Source: a virus
Length of the DNA stretch: 64,000 nt
Reading direction: 5' to 3' (one strand)
IMG/VR virus record: IMGVR_UViG_3300020171_000018
Location: 21,803 to 85,802 of that record
Shown piece by piece: positions 26,401 to 35,921 of the stretch (position 1 is its first letter; every line of letters begins with the position of its first letter). Below the pieces are notes generated by a model. It did not search any database and was not told the DNA's origin. It saw only the letters and a program-made list of their open reading frames with translations. Both the position numbers and the translations under genes were made by a program.

Positions 26401-29037
26401 TTATCTCCAATCTAGCTTCTCCATTTCGCCCCACCTGTACCCCACCTTGGCATCGCACGGCGTCGGCACGTCCAACTTCACCGCCGACTCCATGATTGGC
26501 ACAACCAGTCCCGCCAGCTCCTCCACCTCCCAGGCCGGGCACTCAAACACCAACTCGTCATGCACCTGTAGAATCATCCTGCCCTGCAACCTAGCCTTTT
26601 GGAGTGCCCAGTCAATCCGTATCATGGCTATCTTGAGGATGTCTGCGGCTGTCCCTTGGACCGGCATGTTGACGGCCATCCTGATGCCCTCAGCCCGCTC
26701 CTTCCTGATTGGCGAGTAGGCCTCAGGCACCCACCTCACCCGATTGAACATATCTTTGACCCACCCCCTCTCTAGTATCTCAGCCTCTTTGGTCTTCATG
26801 TAGGCCCTGACACCTTGATACGTCTCAAACCAGGTGTTCAGGTGCCCCTGCCAGTCCTCCACGCCGATGTTCCTGTCCTGCTTGTAAAGGCCCATCGCCG
26901 AGATGCCATAAATGACGCCGAAGTTGACCCTCTTGGCGGCCTTCCTCTCATCGGGGGTTATCTGCTGGGCCAACTTCTCGTACATATAGGTTGCGGTCTC
27001 GGCGTGAAGGTCCCGCCCCTCCCTGAACGCACGCAGCATTACAGGGTCTTGGCTGAGATGGGCCATGCAGCGCATCTCTATCTGTGAGGCGTCCACCGAT
27101 AGCAGCACCCAGTCCCAGGATGGGGCCGTAAACACCCTACGCACCACCAACCCGTACCCCTCTACAGGTACATTCTGTACATTTGGAGCCTCGGATGAGA
27201 GGCGCCCAGTCGCCGTCCGGGTCTGCTTGTAGGTGGTTCGTATTCTGCCATCTGGATGCACAATCCTGGGGTACACGTCTATGTACGTCCCCTTGAGCTT
27301 CTCTATCTCCCTGTGCTCCATGATGGCATCCACAACCGGGTGCCGGCCCTTCAGCTCCTCCAGCACATCATCGTCCGTGGAGATGCCACCAGTCGGGGTT
27401 CGCTTGGTGGGCTTCAACCCTAATCTGTCGAACAGGAGCCACGCCACCTGCTGGGGAGAAGATACGTTGAAGGGTGTCCCTGCCTCCCACCACACCTGGC
27501 CCAGGGCGTCCTCCAACTTCTCAGCCATCTCCTTGGCTATCCGCTCGTTCTCAACCCTGTCCCAATACAACCCCTGAGCTGTCATGCGGTTCAGTATGGG
27601 CACTAGGGGCAACTCTATATCCCACAGCAGTGACCCCATATCCCAATGCTTGATTTGGCGTTCGAGCACCGGCCTGAGCTGGTGAGTTGCGATTGCGTCC
27701 ATCGCTGAGTAGCGAACCCACTTGGCCTCAGTGGGCACATCAGCGATGGTCGGGTGAGGCACCGTTAGCCCCGTGGCCCGCTCTATGGCCTCCCTCTCCA
27801 CCGCCTCAAGGTTCCCTACCAGTTTGAATCCGTCCGCCCCCTGCCCCACCTTCTTGGCCATAGATCCCAGCTTCCTCTCTAGGGGCTGGTGCTTGTGCGT
27901 CTTTAGCAGGATGTCGGTCTTGCCTTTGTTCCACTCCCACCTGTCCTCTGGGGGCATGGGGCCGTACTTGTGCTTGGCGGCCTCCAAGAGGTAGCGTTTG
28001 ACCTTCTCGGCCCCATACTGGCCCACTAGGTCATCGTAGCGGGCCATCTTCAAGCCAAGGTCACGGTAGGCCAACTCTTTCAGGGCCTGACTCTCCTTCC
28101 CCAAAAGGTAGGCCGCAATCATGGAGTCAAACACGGTCTTGTCAACCTTGATACTGACCGACTCAAGGACTCTTACATCGTAAAGTGCGTTGTGCATCAC
28201 CACCACCAGCCCGGGCCTGTTCAGGGCCTCAGTTAGCCTCTTGGCCCCGTCTGCCCCCAGGTCATCCCGATGCACCACGTACCCAGTCCGACCATCCGTG
28301 CTAAATGACATGCAGAACAGGCCCCGCTCGTCTGATTCTGTGTCCACCGCCACACTAGGGGACTGGCTGATGGCCTCCACCACTGTGTCCACACTTACTC
28401 TGATGGTCACGAGGTCTGGTCTGGAGTTGTCCCTGCTGAACCTCAGGCCATCCGCCAGAAACGCCCCTAGTGCCTTGAAGTCATCCATCACCAGCTTCCT
28501 GAACCGGGCCTGCCTGAGTCCCGCCGCCGGGTGATAGCATGGGAACACGACCGTCCTATGCCCCGCCACCATGACCTCCTTGGGCAGTCCATGAGTCTGG
28601 CTGACTGTGAGAGTGGGATCATTTAGCACCCAGCGAATCGCAGCGGCACCTACGGGGATGATGAGCTTGGGGCGCATGGCGCGAATCTCATCAACTAGCC
28701 AAAGAGTGGTGCAGATGGAGACCGCTTCTTCTGGGGGGGTGCCACTCCCCGTGGCGCTTGACAGGCAATTTATAGTATTAGTGAGCAGCACCCCTGTTCT
28801 GCCCAGCCCCGCTATCTCCAACAACTCATTCAGGTATCTCCCGGCGTTTCCAATGAATGGTATGCCCCCCGATTCAGGGTCCGCCTCTTCCTTGCCGGGC
28901 TGCTCCCCAATCAGCATGACCTCTAGCTCATCGTCGGCCCACCAAGGGGGAACAGGGATACCGTGCTTGCCAGCCAGGGAGCAGGAGGCGCAGGAGCGCA
29001 CGCCGTCAGCTATCTGGGAGAGTTGGGTGGAGTTCAC
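26401..29037 (-). CDS. polA: Family A DNA polymerase with N-terminal family-4 uracil-DNA glycosylase domain and 3'-5' exonuclease
   Basis: CASC..IGEQPGKEE...FIG.AG...YHPA; AVDTE, HNALYD; TGRLSS..PNVQN, DASQIEMR, KRVNFGVIYG, QVHDEL. Confidence 0.95.
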   Translation of the reverse strand: MNSTQLSQIADGVRSCASCSLAGKHGIPVPPWWADDELEVMLIGEQPGKEEADPESGGIPFIGNAGRYLNELLEIAGLGRTGVLLTNTINCLSSATGSGTPPEEAVSICTTLWLVDEIRAMRPKLIIPVGAAAIRWVLNDPTLTVSQTHGLPKEVMVAGHRTVVFPCYHPAAGLRQARFRKLVMDDFKALGAFLADGLRFSRDNSRPDLVTIRVSVDTVVEAISQSPSVAVDTESDERGLFCMSFSTDGRTGYVVHRDDLGADGAKRLTEALNRPGLVVVMHNALYDVRVLESVSIKVDKTVFDSMIAAYLLGKESQALKELAYRDLGLKMARYDDLVGQYGAEKVKRYLLEAAKHKYGPMPPEDRWEWNKGKTDILLKTHKHQPLERKLGSMAKKVGQGADGFKLVGNLEAVEREAIERATGLTVPHPTIADVPTEAKWVRYSAMDAIATHQLRPVLERQIKHWDMGSLLWDIELPLVPILNRMTAQGLYWDRVENERIAKEMAEKLEDALGQVWWEAGTPFNVSSPQQVAWLLFDRLGLKPTKRTPTGGISTDDDVLEELKGRHPVVDAIMEHREIEKLKGTYIDVYPRIVHPDGRIRTTYKQTRTATGRLSSEAPNVQNVPVEGYGLVVRRVFTAPSWDWVLLSVDASQIEMRCMAHLSQDPVMLRAFREGRDLHAETATYMYEKLAQQITPDERKAAKRVNFGVIYGISAMGLYKQDRNIGVEDWQGHLNTWFETYQGVRAYMKTKEAEILERGWVKDMFNRVRWVPEAYSPIRKERAEGIRMAVNMPVQGTAADILKIAMIRIDWALQKARLQGRMILQVHDELVFECPAWEVEELAGLVVPIMESAVKLDVPTPCDAKVGYRWGEMEKLDWR

Positions 29038-30767
29038 TGGGCGTTCTTCTGGGCGTCCCTTGGGTCAACCATTCTGTTCGCCGCAATGTCCAGATAGTGC
29101 TGGTCTTGGTCTATCCCGATGCACTCGAACCCCTCCAAGATACAGGCGAGGCGAGTCGTACCTGAGCCTATGAAGGGGTCAAGGACTACGCCATTGGGGG
29201 GAGTGATAAGCCTGCACAGCCACCGCATCAAGTCAAGGGGTTTACAGGTGGGGTGATCCGCCTTGATGCCTGTCCCCCCTAGCCCGTATTCCCGTTCAGA
29301 GCGCGAAGCCTTAGAGGTATAGAAGAACCTGCTAACAGGCCCGCTATCCCCGTAGTTGCGAATCAGCTCGCGCCTACTGCCATCTGGATGATCTGTGCGC
29401 CCCTCCATACGCCGCCAAGCATTTAGAGTACCTGAACCGTCTGTGATGCGGAATGAGCCGCCTTTGCGCTCCCCTGCTTGCTCGTCCAGTAATTGGGCAG
29501 CCCCTTCATCTAGCAGCAGGTTGGCGGGCCAGCGGCCCTCTGTACTCAACTCACCACTGCTAGTGCGGGACTTGGTGTGCAGAATCGGGTTCGCCCGCCT
29601 ATCCGACTCTATCGGATGGAGAAGAGGTTTTGACCCAGGGATGCGACATGCCCCAATGTTCAACCCGCCCACACTCCATCGAAGGACGTTCTGGGCCACT
29701 GTTGGCTCCGACAGGGGCTTGCGAACTAGGATAATTGGCTCATAGCTGGGTTTAAGAGCGACGTTCCATCCACGCCAGACGGACAATGTTCCCAATCCCG
29801 GCCCGGAAGCAAGCACGGGAACAAAAGCACCTGGGATGGTGCTCAAACTCAAGCTTCCTACGCTCAAACCGTTTACCGCAAGACAAGCAGAATACCATGA
29901 CCCATTTACTTGGATGCCTGATTGGGGGGTGAAAGTCTCTTGTGTGAGCAGCCCAATCAAGCAGGATAAGGTTTTCAGGTCGGTTGTCATCTCGTTGGTG
30001 ATTCCCATGATGGACGTGCTCGTTCGGCTGCAATCGCCGTTGGATGATGCCTTCCATGATGACATCGTGTTCAAGGCGATAGTCACCATTGGGGCATCTG
30101 ACCGCGATATAGCCATCACTACGCTTGAACCGTCCGCCCTTCCAATTTCCATTAGCAACGCCTCGGCGTCCCCTGGCCGGATTAGAGCAAGGGCGGCTGC
30201 AATAGGTTCCTTCACCTCTTCGGATTTGAGACAAAAAAACTCGGAACGTTGTACCACATGCGGGACATTGGCGCTCAACAGACATTTTTCTACCTCCTCT
30301 CGGAGATAGTTTACCACATTCAGACCTTTCGGGAACCCAGTTCCGAAAAGATACATAAGACAGTCCCTCACCTCAAACCCAGCGTCCTCAAGAGCGCACA
30401 TGAGCCTGTGATGGGTTCGAGTCCCTCCGAACACCAAGGCATGACCCCCGGGCTTGAGGACTCGCAGGGCTTCAACGGCCCAGGTCTTGTGCCACTCTTG
30501 GGCAGACAAGCCAGCATGATAGCGCGGCTTTGCACCACCAGCACCGAACCAGGTCTTCCCACTAATCCCTGGTATGCCCTCCTTACCATCTTTAGGCAAA
30601 CGCCAATCGCCCGCTAGTTTGTCCCACTCTTTGCCCATGAACTCCAATCCATACGGGGGATCAGTCACGATTGCATCCACCGAGCTCTCTGCCATCTCAG
30701 CCATGACAACCCTACAGTCCCCCAGATACAGGGTGGTTGTCAAGTCCTCGTAGTACGGTGCTCTCAT
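29034..30767 (-). CDS. Beta-class N6A/N4C DNA methyltransferase with an in-frame ~180-codon insertion
   Basis: TDPPY, HPTCKP, VLDPFIGSGTT. Confidence 0.9.
   Translation of the reverse strand: MRAPYYEDLTTTLYLGDCRVVMAEMAESSVDAIVTDPPYGLEFMGKEWDKLAGDWRLPKDGKEGIPGISGKTWFGAGGAKPRYHAGLSAQEWHKTWAVEALRVLKPGGHALVFGGTRTHHRLMCALEDAGFEVRDCLMYLFGTGFPKGLNVVNYLREEVEKCLLSANVPHVVQRSEFFCLKSEEVKEPIAAALALIRPGDAEALLMEIGRADGSSVVMAISRSDAPMVTIALNTMSSWKASSNGDCSRTSTSIMGITNEMTTDLKTLSCLIGLLTQETFTPQSGIQVNGSWYSACLAVNGLSVGSLSLSTIPGAFVPVLASGPGLGTLSVWRGWNVALKPSYEPIILVRKPLSEPTVAQNVLRWSVGGLNIGACRIPGSKPLLHPIESDRRANPILHTKSRTSSGELSTEGRWPANLLLDEGAAQLLDEQAGERKGGSFRITDGSGTLNAWRRMEGRTDHPDGSRRELIRNYGDSGPVSRFFYTSKASRSEREYGLGGTGIKADHPTCKPLDLMRWLCRLITPPNGVVLDPFIGSGTTRLACILEGFECIGIDQDQHYLDIAANRMVDPRDAQKNAQ
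29752..30285 (-). CDS. HNH endonuclease with Zn fingers, nested out of frame inside the MTase gene
   Basis: NWKGG...GYI...EH.VIME...EHVHHGNHQRDDNRPENL; own GGAGGT RBS 6 nt before ATG. Confidence 0.85.
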   Translation of the reverse strand: MSVERQCPACGTTFRVFLSQIRRGEGTYCSRPCSNPARGRRGVANGNWKGGRFKRSDGYIAVRCPNGDYRLEHDVIMEGIIQRRLQPNEHVHHGNHQRDDNRPENLILLDWAAHTRDFHPPIRHPSKWVMVFCLSCGKRFERRKLEFEHHPRCFCSRACFRAGIGNIVRLAWMERRS

Positions 30768-31025
30768 TTAGTAGCCGCTGCCCGTTGTGAGCACATAGGT
30801 AAAGAAAGCGCTGCCCATTCCCCGACGCAACCTTGCCCGGATTCTGTTGTAGCCCGCCCCCATGTCCACCTGCAACTGCGGAACAGTGGTCGCCCCGCAC
30901 TTATCACAGGTCAGGGTCTTGGGGAACCCCCTTACCCTTTGACTCAGCGCATCGGTGCCGCAGTACCAGCACATTGGACTGACTCTATGGGTAGTCGGTG
31001 TCCATCGGACGTTTATCATACCCAT
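30768..31025 (-). CDS. Zn-ribbon protein
   Basis: CWYC...CDKC; AGGAGG RBS. Confidence 0.6.
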   Translation of the reverse strand: MGMINVRWTPTTHRVSPMCWYCGTDALSQRVRGFPKTLTCDKCGATTVPQLQVDMGAGYNRIRARLRRGMGSAFFTYVLTTGSGY

Positions 31026-31073
31026 TGAACCCTCCTCCTACGATGCTCTATAGCGCTTTCTTGTCCGTAATCT

Positions 31074-31709
31074 CTACTGTCCTATCACCAAGAGAGCAGG
31101 ATCAAGCACGGCCCCCTGCTCCTTATTGGCCTTTTCGCCCTCATTGCCAATCTGCGTCTTCAGGTTGTGCCAAATACGGAGTTCCTCGCCATGTACCCAG
31201 CACGTAGCCAACATGCTGACAGCAGCGCCGTACATGAATCCAGTAATGCCCTCAAGGTCGGCTTCGTGAGACACCTCTTTAGCAATATCCACCAACTTGG
31301 TGCCTGTGGCCATGCGGGCTTCCATAAGGTTGGCCCAGCGTGCTGCATACCTCACACAAGCAGCACCATATGGATCCTTGTTGAACTTAACCCAGGTATT
31401 CCACTTGGTAACGTTGGTGACAGTGAACGGCTTGATGCCCTCAGCGGCGGCAGCTTCGGCACGGCGTTGCGCTTCTGCGCGCTCGGCAAGCACTCGCTGG
31501 CCCTCAGGTGAGGCTTCCCACCTCTGATGGCGGCGGTTCACCTCCGCGAAGTATTCGTTGACCATGAGCAGGGGGTCACTATCGGGGTTGGCTGTAATCG
31601 ACACGTCGTTGAATGTGGTCGTTACTACCCTGCGGCTCTCAGATGCCCGCTTTGCCATGCGCCGTGTGACCTGTTCTATGGTTTCACCAACCATCGGCTC
31701 GTCCTTCAT
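31074..31709 (-). CDS. Conserved phage hypothetical protein
   Basis: GITGFMYGAAV..L..CW.HGEEL..WHN motif. Confidence 0.65.
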   Translation of the reverse strand: MKDEPMVGETIEQVTRRMAKRASESRRVVTTTFNDVSITANPDSDPLLMVNEYFAEVNRRHQRWEASPEGQRVLAERAEAQRRAEAAAAEGIKPFTVTNVTKWNTWVKFNKDPYGAACVRYAARWANLMEARMATGTKLVDIAKEVSHEADLEGITGFMYGAAVSMLATCWVHGEELRIWHNLKTQIGNEGEKANKEQGAVLDPALLVIGQ

Positions 31710-31963
31710 TTACTTCTCCTTCCTTAGTCATTGTCGCTCTCCTACCTGTGATTCCCTTTTAGCTGACTCTCTAGAAGAACAGCCACAAACCGCTAACGTC
31801 CTTGAAGCCGAGAGCGGGAAGGTATCCAGCCAATGGGGTATGAGGTAGGATAGCTCCCCAACTTATCATCACTATCCACATACAAAACATGTAGGCAGGT
31901 ACGAAAAGCACCGCAAGCCCTATGTAGTAGAAGGGATCCGAGTTGTCTTCCATACTATTCCTC

Positions 31964-32734
31964 CTATAACGCTCTCTTGTCCCACCGCTTGTGTATCTCA
32001 GCCACAACCCCCTTGCTGACCACTGACCCGAATCCCTCTATCCCCCGCCACTCAGACACAGAGGCATTCACCATCTCCGCAATACTCCCAAAGTGCTTGG
32101 CCGCCGCAATCGCCCTCTTCGGCCCCAATAGCGGGTGCTCTCTGGTCCCACTGAGGGCCAGCGCCACCCTCTCCAGCATCGTGGCCTCCCCGAACATGAA
32201 CGGGTCCGGAGGCTTGACCAAGGGCGCAGGCATGGGCGTCTGGTAGGAATCGTACAGGCTAAGAATAGTCCGCGCCACCTCTCTGTCGCTCTCTACCCAC
32301 TTTACCAGCACCCCCATCTCCTGCCGGGCGGTATCCCAGGCACAAAGGCTATGGTACATGAACCCGGATGACTTCCAGACCACTTTCCCATCCCTGCTCC
32401 TTCCTGCCATGTACTCCAGCAGGCCCTCAGTACCCACCCTAACCCCCTGACGATTGATTATCACCCAAGACCTATCATAGGCGTGCAGCATCCCCGCAAG
32501 TTGCCAGTTAGCCCTCCCCGATTCTATGTCCCCCGTGAGGGACCTGACCTTCTTGTACTCAATCCCAATCTGGATCGGTTTGGAGTGGTGGTCCACCCCG
32601 AAGAAGGCGTAGTCTCCAAACTCCAACTCCGTTATCTCTACGGCCCTACCCAGTATAGATAGGATGGCAGGAGAGGATGCCTGCTCCCGGCGGTCTGCGA
32701 GGATGACTGGGGGGGCCTCTTCGCCACTCGACAT
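31964..32734 (-). CDS. ERCC4/XPF-like nuclease with HhH motifs
   Basis: ADRRE, LEFGDY, IEYK, GIEGFG. Confidence 0.8.
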   Translation of the reverse strand: MSSGEEAPPVILADRREQASSPAILSILGRAVEITELEFGDYAFFGVDHHSKPIQIGIEYKKVRSLTGDIESGRANWQLAGMLHAYDRSWVIINRQGVRVGTEGLLEYMAGRSRDGKVVWKSSGFMYHSLCAWDTARQEMGVLVKWVESDREVARTILSLYDSYQTPMPAPLVKPPDPFMFGEATMLERVALALSGTREHPLLGPKRAIAAAKHFGSIAEMVNASVSEWRGIEGFGSVVSKGVVAEIHKRWDKRAL

Positions 32735-32740
32735 ACTCCC

Positions 32741-33028
32741 CTACCAGACTGCGATGAACCAGTAGTTCGACTTGTTGACCACGCATAGCCTCTCCTCAAC
32801 AGGCCCCTTGATTAAGTAGTTGCCATTTGGCGCTATCTTCTCGGTGGCAGCCAAGGTGAACGTGTACCTCTCTACGGACTCAATGGTTCCCTTGAGGGCC
32901 ACCTGAGCTGAGAACCAGACCGTGACCAACTTCCCCATTAGGCCCTTGAGCTGGTCTATGTCGTAGGGTGAAAGAGGTTTGCTCTCCTTGCCTTGGGAGC
33001 CTTGGGGGCCTTGTGGATGTTCAGGCAT
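32741..33028 (-). CDS. Sm/Hfq-like RNA-binding protein
   Basis: LVTVWF...LKGTIESVERYTFTL...VVNKSN resembles the Sm1/Sm2 pattern. Confidence 0.5.
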   Translation of the reverse strand: MPEHPQGPQGSQGKESKPLSPYDIDQLKGLMGKLVTVWFSAQVALKGTIESVERYTFTLAATEKIAPNGNYLIKGPVEERLCVVNKSNYWFIAVW

Positions 33029-33079
33029 TATTGTCTCCCTGTTGTTTGTCCAGTTCCCCGCTCAGTGTCTTGGCCCGAC

Positions 33080-33862
33080 TCAGGGGTATATCAGGTCCAA
33101 AACCCTCGGTATGGTCAACCCCTGCTCAACCGTGGTGTCATACGGGGGCTCCGCATCCACTGCGAACTCCGCCCCGTACAGCCACGCAGCCAACCTGCAG
33201 TCAACCACATTCGCTACAAACCCACGCCTAGAATGATGCTCCGTTCGCACATTCATCTGCACCAGATATGGACTCTGGTTGAACCCCCGCCTCACCTGCT
33301 TGCCGGTCGCCTTGTCGTTCACATACTCCCCATGGAGCTGGAATGTGACCAGCAGGTTCACATCGGTCTCGTAGGCGTCCTTGTATATCTGCGACTGCTC
33401 GGCGTTGACTGGCCCATAGTCCCTGGGGAGCACCTGGGTGAGCTTACCAAACCGGGCCAGCCTGTGCAGCTCCCACATCTCCGACCCTGAGTCAATAGCA
33501 ATAGAGGCTGCGTTCTTCAGGGCATACTTGTAGTCGCCCACGAACTGCTCCCAGGTCTCCAGGTACTTGTCCTTGTCGGCCTGTATCGGCACCTCCGGCA
33601 CATCGTAGTGGGCCACGTAGATGTCCCCTGGGCCGAACTCTGTCAGCCCCAAGAACTTGTCCACCACCCCTTCTAGGCCCTTGTCAAAGTTCATCACGTA
33701 GAGGGGCTGAGGGGCGGTCAGTGCCAAGGTGCTCTTGCCGGACTTCTCACCCCCCTCTACGGCGGCGATTATGCGCCTCTTGGTGGAGACTGTGGCTGGC
33801 TTGAATCGAGTGGTGCGGTCTGTGGTGGGTTGTATTTTGTCAACGGCCTTAGGTACGGGCAT
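33080..33862 (-). CDS. AAA_24/Sak4-like P-loop ATPase
   Basis: GGEKSGKS, NFDKG, IAIDS. Confidence 0.75.
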   Translation of the reverse strand: MPVPKAVDKIQPTTDRTTRFKPATVSTKRRIIAAVEGGEKSGKSTLALTAPQPLYVMNFDKGLEGVVDKFLGLTEFGPGDIYVAHYDVPEVPIQADKDKYLETWEQFVGDYKYALKNAASIAIDSGSEMWELHRLARFGKLTQVLPRDYGPVNAEQSQIYKDAYETDVNLLVTFQLHGEYVNDKATGKQVRRGFNQSPYLVQMNVRTEHHSRRGFVANVVDCRLAAWLYGAEFAVDAEPPYDTTVEQGLTIPRVLDLIYP

Positions 33863-34271
33863 CGCTCTGGGCCTCCTGCATGGGAATCAGGAGTATGAGC
33901 AAGTCATAGGCGCGTTTGGCCTCTCGGTCAAAGCGGAAATCTGGACTACGCACGTTCCTGTCCAACTCGTGCAAAACGCCCAACAGGGTAGAGGCTGCTT
34001 GGTACGAGGGCATCTGCTCCTTGGTCAACCTGTGTGCCCACACAATTCCCCCAGCCAGCATGATGTCCGCCGCACTCGAAATCGAGAACCCTTGGAGAAC
34101 CCGGGACGCCTCTTCCCAAGACTTCACCAAGAGTTCCAGCTTGCCCAGGGCCTCGTTCACGGTTGAGTCTGCCTGACTCACCGTGCTGGCCCTGAGGGTG
34201 TTCAGGGATTCCTGGGCCTCCTTGACCACTTGCTTCTTGTAGGACTCTAAGGCTTGCGAAATGCTAGACAT
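33849..34271 (-). CDS. Hypothetical protein
   Basis: AAGGAGG RBS. Confidence 0.6.
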   Translation of the reverse strand: MSSISQALESYKKQVVKEAQESLNTLRASTVSQADSTVNEALGKLELLVKSWEEASRVLQGFSISSAADIMLAGGIVWAHRLTKEQMPSYQAASTLLGVLHELDRNVRSPDFRFDREAKRAYDLLILLIPMQEAQSDART

Positions 34272-34289
34272 GACTAACCTCCTTGGTCT

Positions 34290-35036
34290 TTACTCTCCTG
34301 TCAGTATCTTGTCAGATTCCTCCACCAGTACCGCCCACCCCTCCTCCACACTCAGCCCCACCCCTAGCCTATCGCACACCCCCTTCACCGGGCACCTCGG
34401 ACAGAACCTCGTTTTATCCACTGTCTGTGGCGGAATCGGCCCCTCAGCCGCCATCGCCCTCTCCACCACATCCCTGCCCGACACAATGGTCCGCCAATGC
34501 TCCTCCAACTCCCTAGGGGTAAAACTCACCCTGTACCTGTCTGGCCCCCTTGGAGCTGGCGGCGCATAGTTGCCGTTGACCCAGAGCACCGCTAGCCCCG
34601 CCTCTCCTTGAATGTACTCAGGCCTCAGCCTCACCATGTAGAGGTAGGCTCCAATTTGCACGAACCACTCCCAATGGGCTTCTGGGCCTTTGTTGCTCGA
34701 TGTCCAGGTTGCCTTGGCCTCCCAGATTCTCCCACCCTCCACCCAGTCGGGAGTGCCCAGAATGCCGTCCAACACGAGCCCTGGGTGCCTTGTAGTCCCC
34801 TCTGGGGCAGTGGGGGCCAGCAGGTTCTCCCAAGCCTCTCCCACACCGAACAGGGTCAGGGTCTCTCGGGAGATGTTGTACTGACCCATGACTCGGATTA
34901 TGAATGTGCGCCTGAGACACACAATAAAATCCGAAATGTGCGGGTCTGGCCTGGGGTTAGCTATGATTCCCCCAGTCTGCCCAGGTTGCCCCTGTTCCCC
35001 TGCTGTTCCTACTGCCCCAAAGGGTTCTATCTTCAC
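34290..35036 (-). CDS. Solo Cas4-like PD-(D/E)XK exonuclease
   Basis: SDF..CLR, GTPD, EAK, Q...Y, CPRCPVKGVC. Confidence 0.8.
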   Translation of the reverse strand: MKIEPFGAVGTAGEQGQPGQTGGIIANPRPDPHISDFIVCLRRTFIIRVMGQYNISRETLTLFGVGEAWENLLAPTAPEGTTRHPGLVLDGILGTPDWVEGGRIWEAKATWTSSNKGPEAHWEWFVQIGAYLYMVRLRPEYIQGEAGLAVLWVNGNYAPPAPRGPDRYRVSFTPRELEEHWRTIVSGRDVVERAMAAEGPIPPQTVDKTRFCPRCPVKGVCDRLGVGLSVEEGWAVLVEESDKILTGE

Positions 35037-35066
35037 ATCAAGCCTTTCACCGAACTGGAGCTGGGT

Positions 35067-35864
35067 TTATGGTGTGCTCAGATTCCCCTCAGTCTCCACC
35101 AGCAGCCCGGCCTCCACCATCGCCCTGAGGCTTCTCATGGCCGTTTGCTTGGTGGCGTTGTCGGCCACCTTGACCTCCGGGTTCGCCTTCTGCAACTCCT
35201 CCAGCTTCCTGCCCATTATCTGGCCGGGCAGCTTGGTTCGGGCGATGGTGCCGCCGTTGATCTTGATGACGGCGTACACCAAGTTGGTGATGTCCTCACT
35301 GATGGCCTGAGGCTCAGCGACCCCCTCAGCAGCCTCTGTACCCGTCGCTGGGGCCGTCGCGGGCTTCCCGCCCTTCTTGTACGCCTGTCCGGGCTTTCCC
35401 ACGAGCCTGGTTGGGAGCAGTATGGTCGGCTGCCGAACAGTCGCCCCATCTTCAGACGCAGACCTGAACCCGGTGGTGGTGGGCTTGCGCTCCACGTAGA
35501 GCTTGTACCCTACCAGCCACTTGAGGTCTGGGGCGTCGGTCTCCTTCTTGGGAATGCCGCAGTTCACGCACTCCCGCAGGAACTGGGCCAGGTTGCTCGT
35601 CTTGACCAGACCATCCCTCGGGGCGTCCTCCACGGTCTGTCTGTCCTCGCTCACCACCCACTCGTCGGGGGCACCGCTGAGCGGGTATATCTGTTCGGCC
35701 TCCTCCGCTGGGGGATCCAAGGGCTTCATTTTGAGGTGGGCCGCCATGACCGTCACTCCCCTGCCAGGGTAAGTGAACGGCTCAAAGCTGTAGCCCGTTA
35801 TCTCGACTACGGACTTGTCCAGTAGCCCTTCTTCTTGCTTTTCTACCGAGAATGTAAAGGCCAT
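35067..35864 (-). CDS. Putative single-stranded DNA-binding protein
   Basis: Position between helicase and exonuclease; beta-rich core with a low-complexity linker. Confidence 0.4.
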   Translation of the reverse strand: MAFTFSVEKQEEGLLDKSVVEITGYSFEPFTYPGRGVTVMAAHLKMKPLDPPAEEAEQIYPLSGAPDEWVVSEDRQTVEDAPRDGLVKTSNLAQFLRECVNCGIPKKETDAPDLKWLVGYKLYVERKPTTTGFRSASEDGATVRQPTILLPTRLVGKPGQAYKKGGKPATAPATGTEAAEGVAEPQAISEDITNLVYAVIKINGGTIARTKLPGQIMGRKLEELQKANPEVKVADNATKQTAMRSLRAMVEAGLLVETEGNLSTP

Positions 35865-35921
35865 GTTGGGCTGTTCTCCTTTCGTGACCCGTTTCGACTT
35901 CTACTTTAGCTACCATGTTAG

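Noticed and set aside
29752-30285. Intein in the methyltransferase (insert starts near Cys-Leu)
   Set aside because: No HN-(C/S/T) end or Hint motifs; the in-frame text looks like the off-frame reading of the HNH gene.
34290-35036. CRISPR-Cas locus suggested by the Cas4-like gene
   Set aside because: No cas1/cas2 and no repeat-spacer array seen in the window; it sits in a recombination module.
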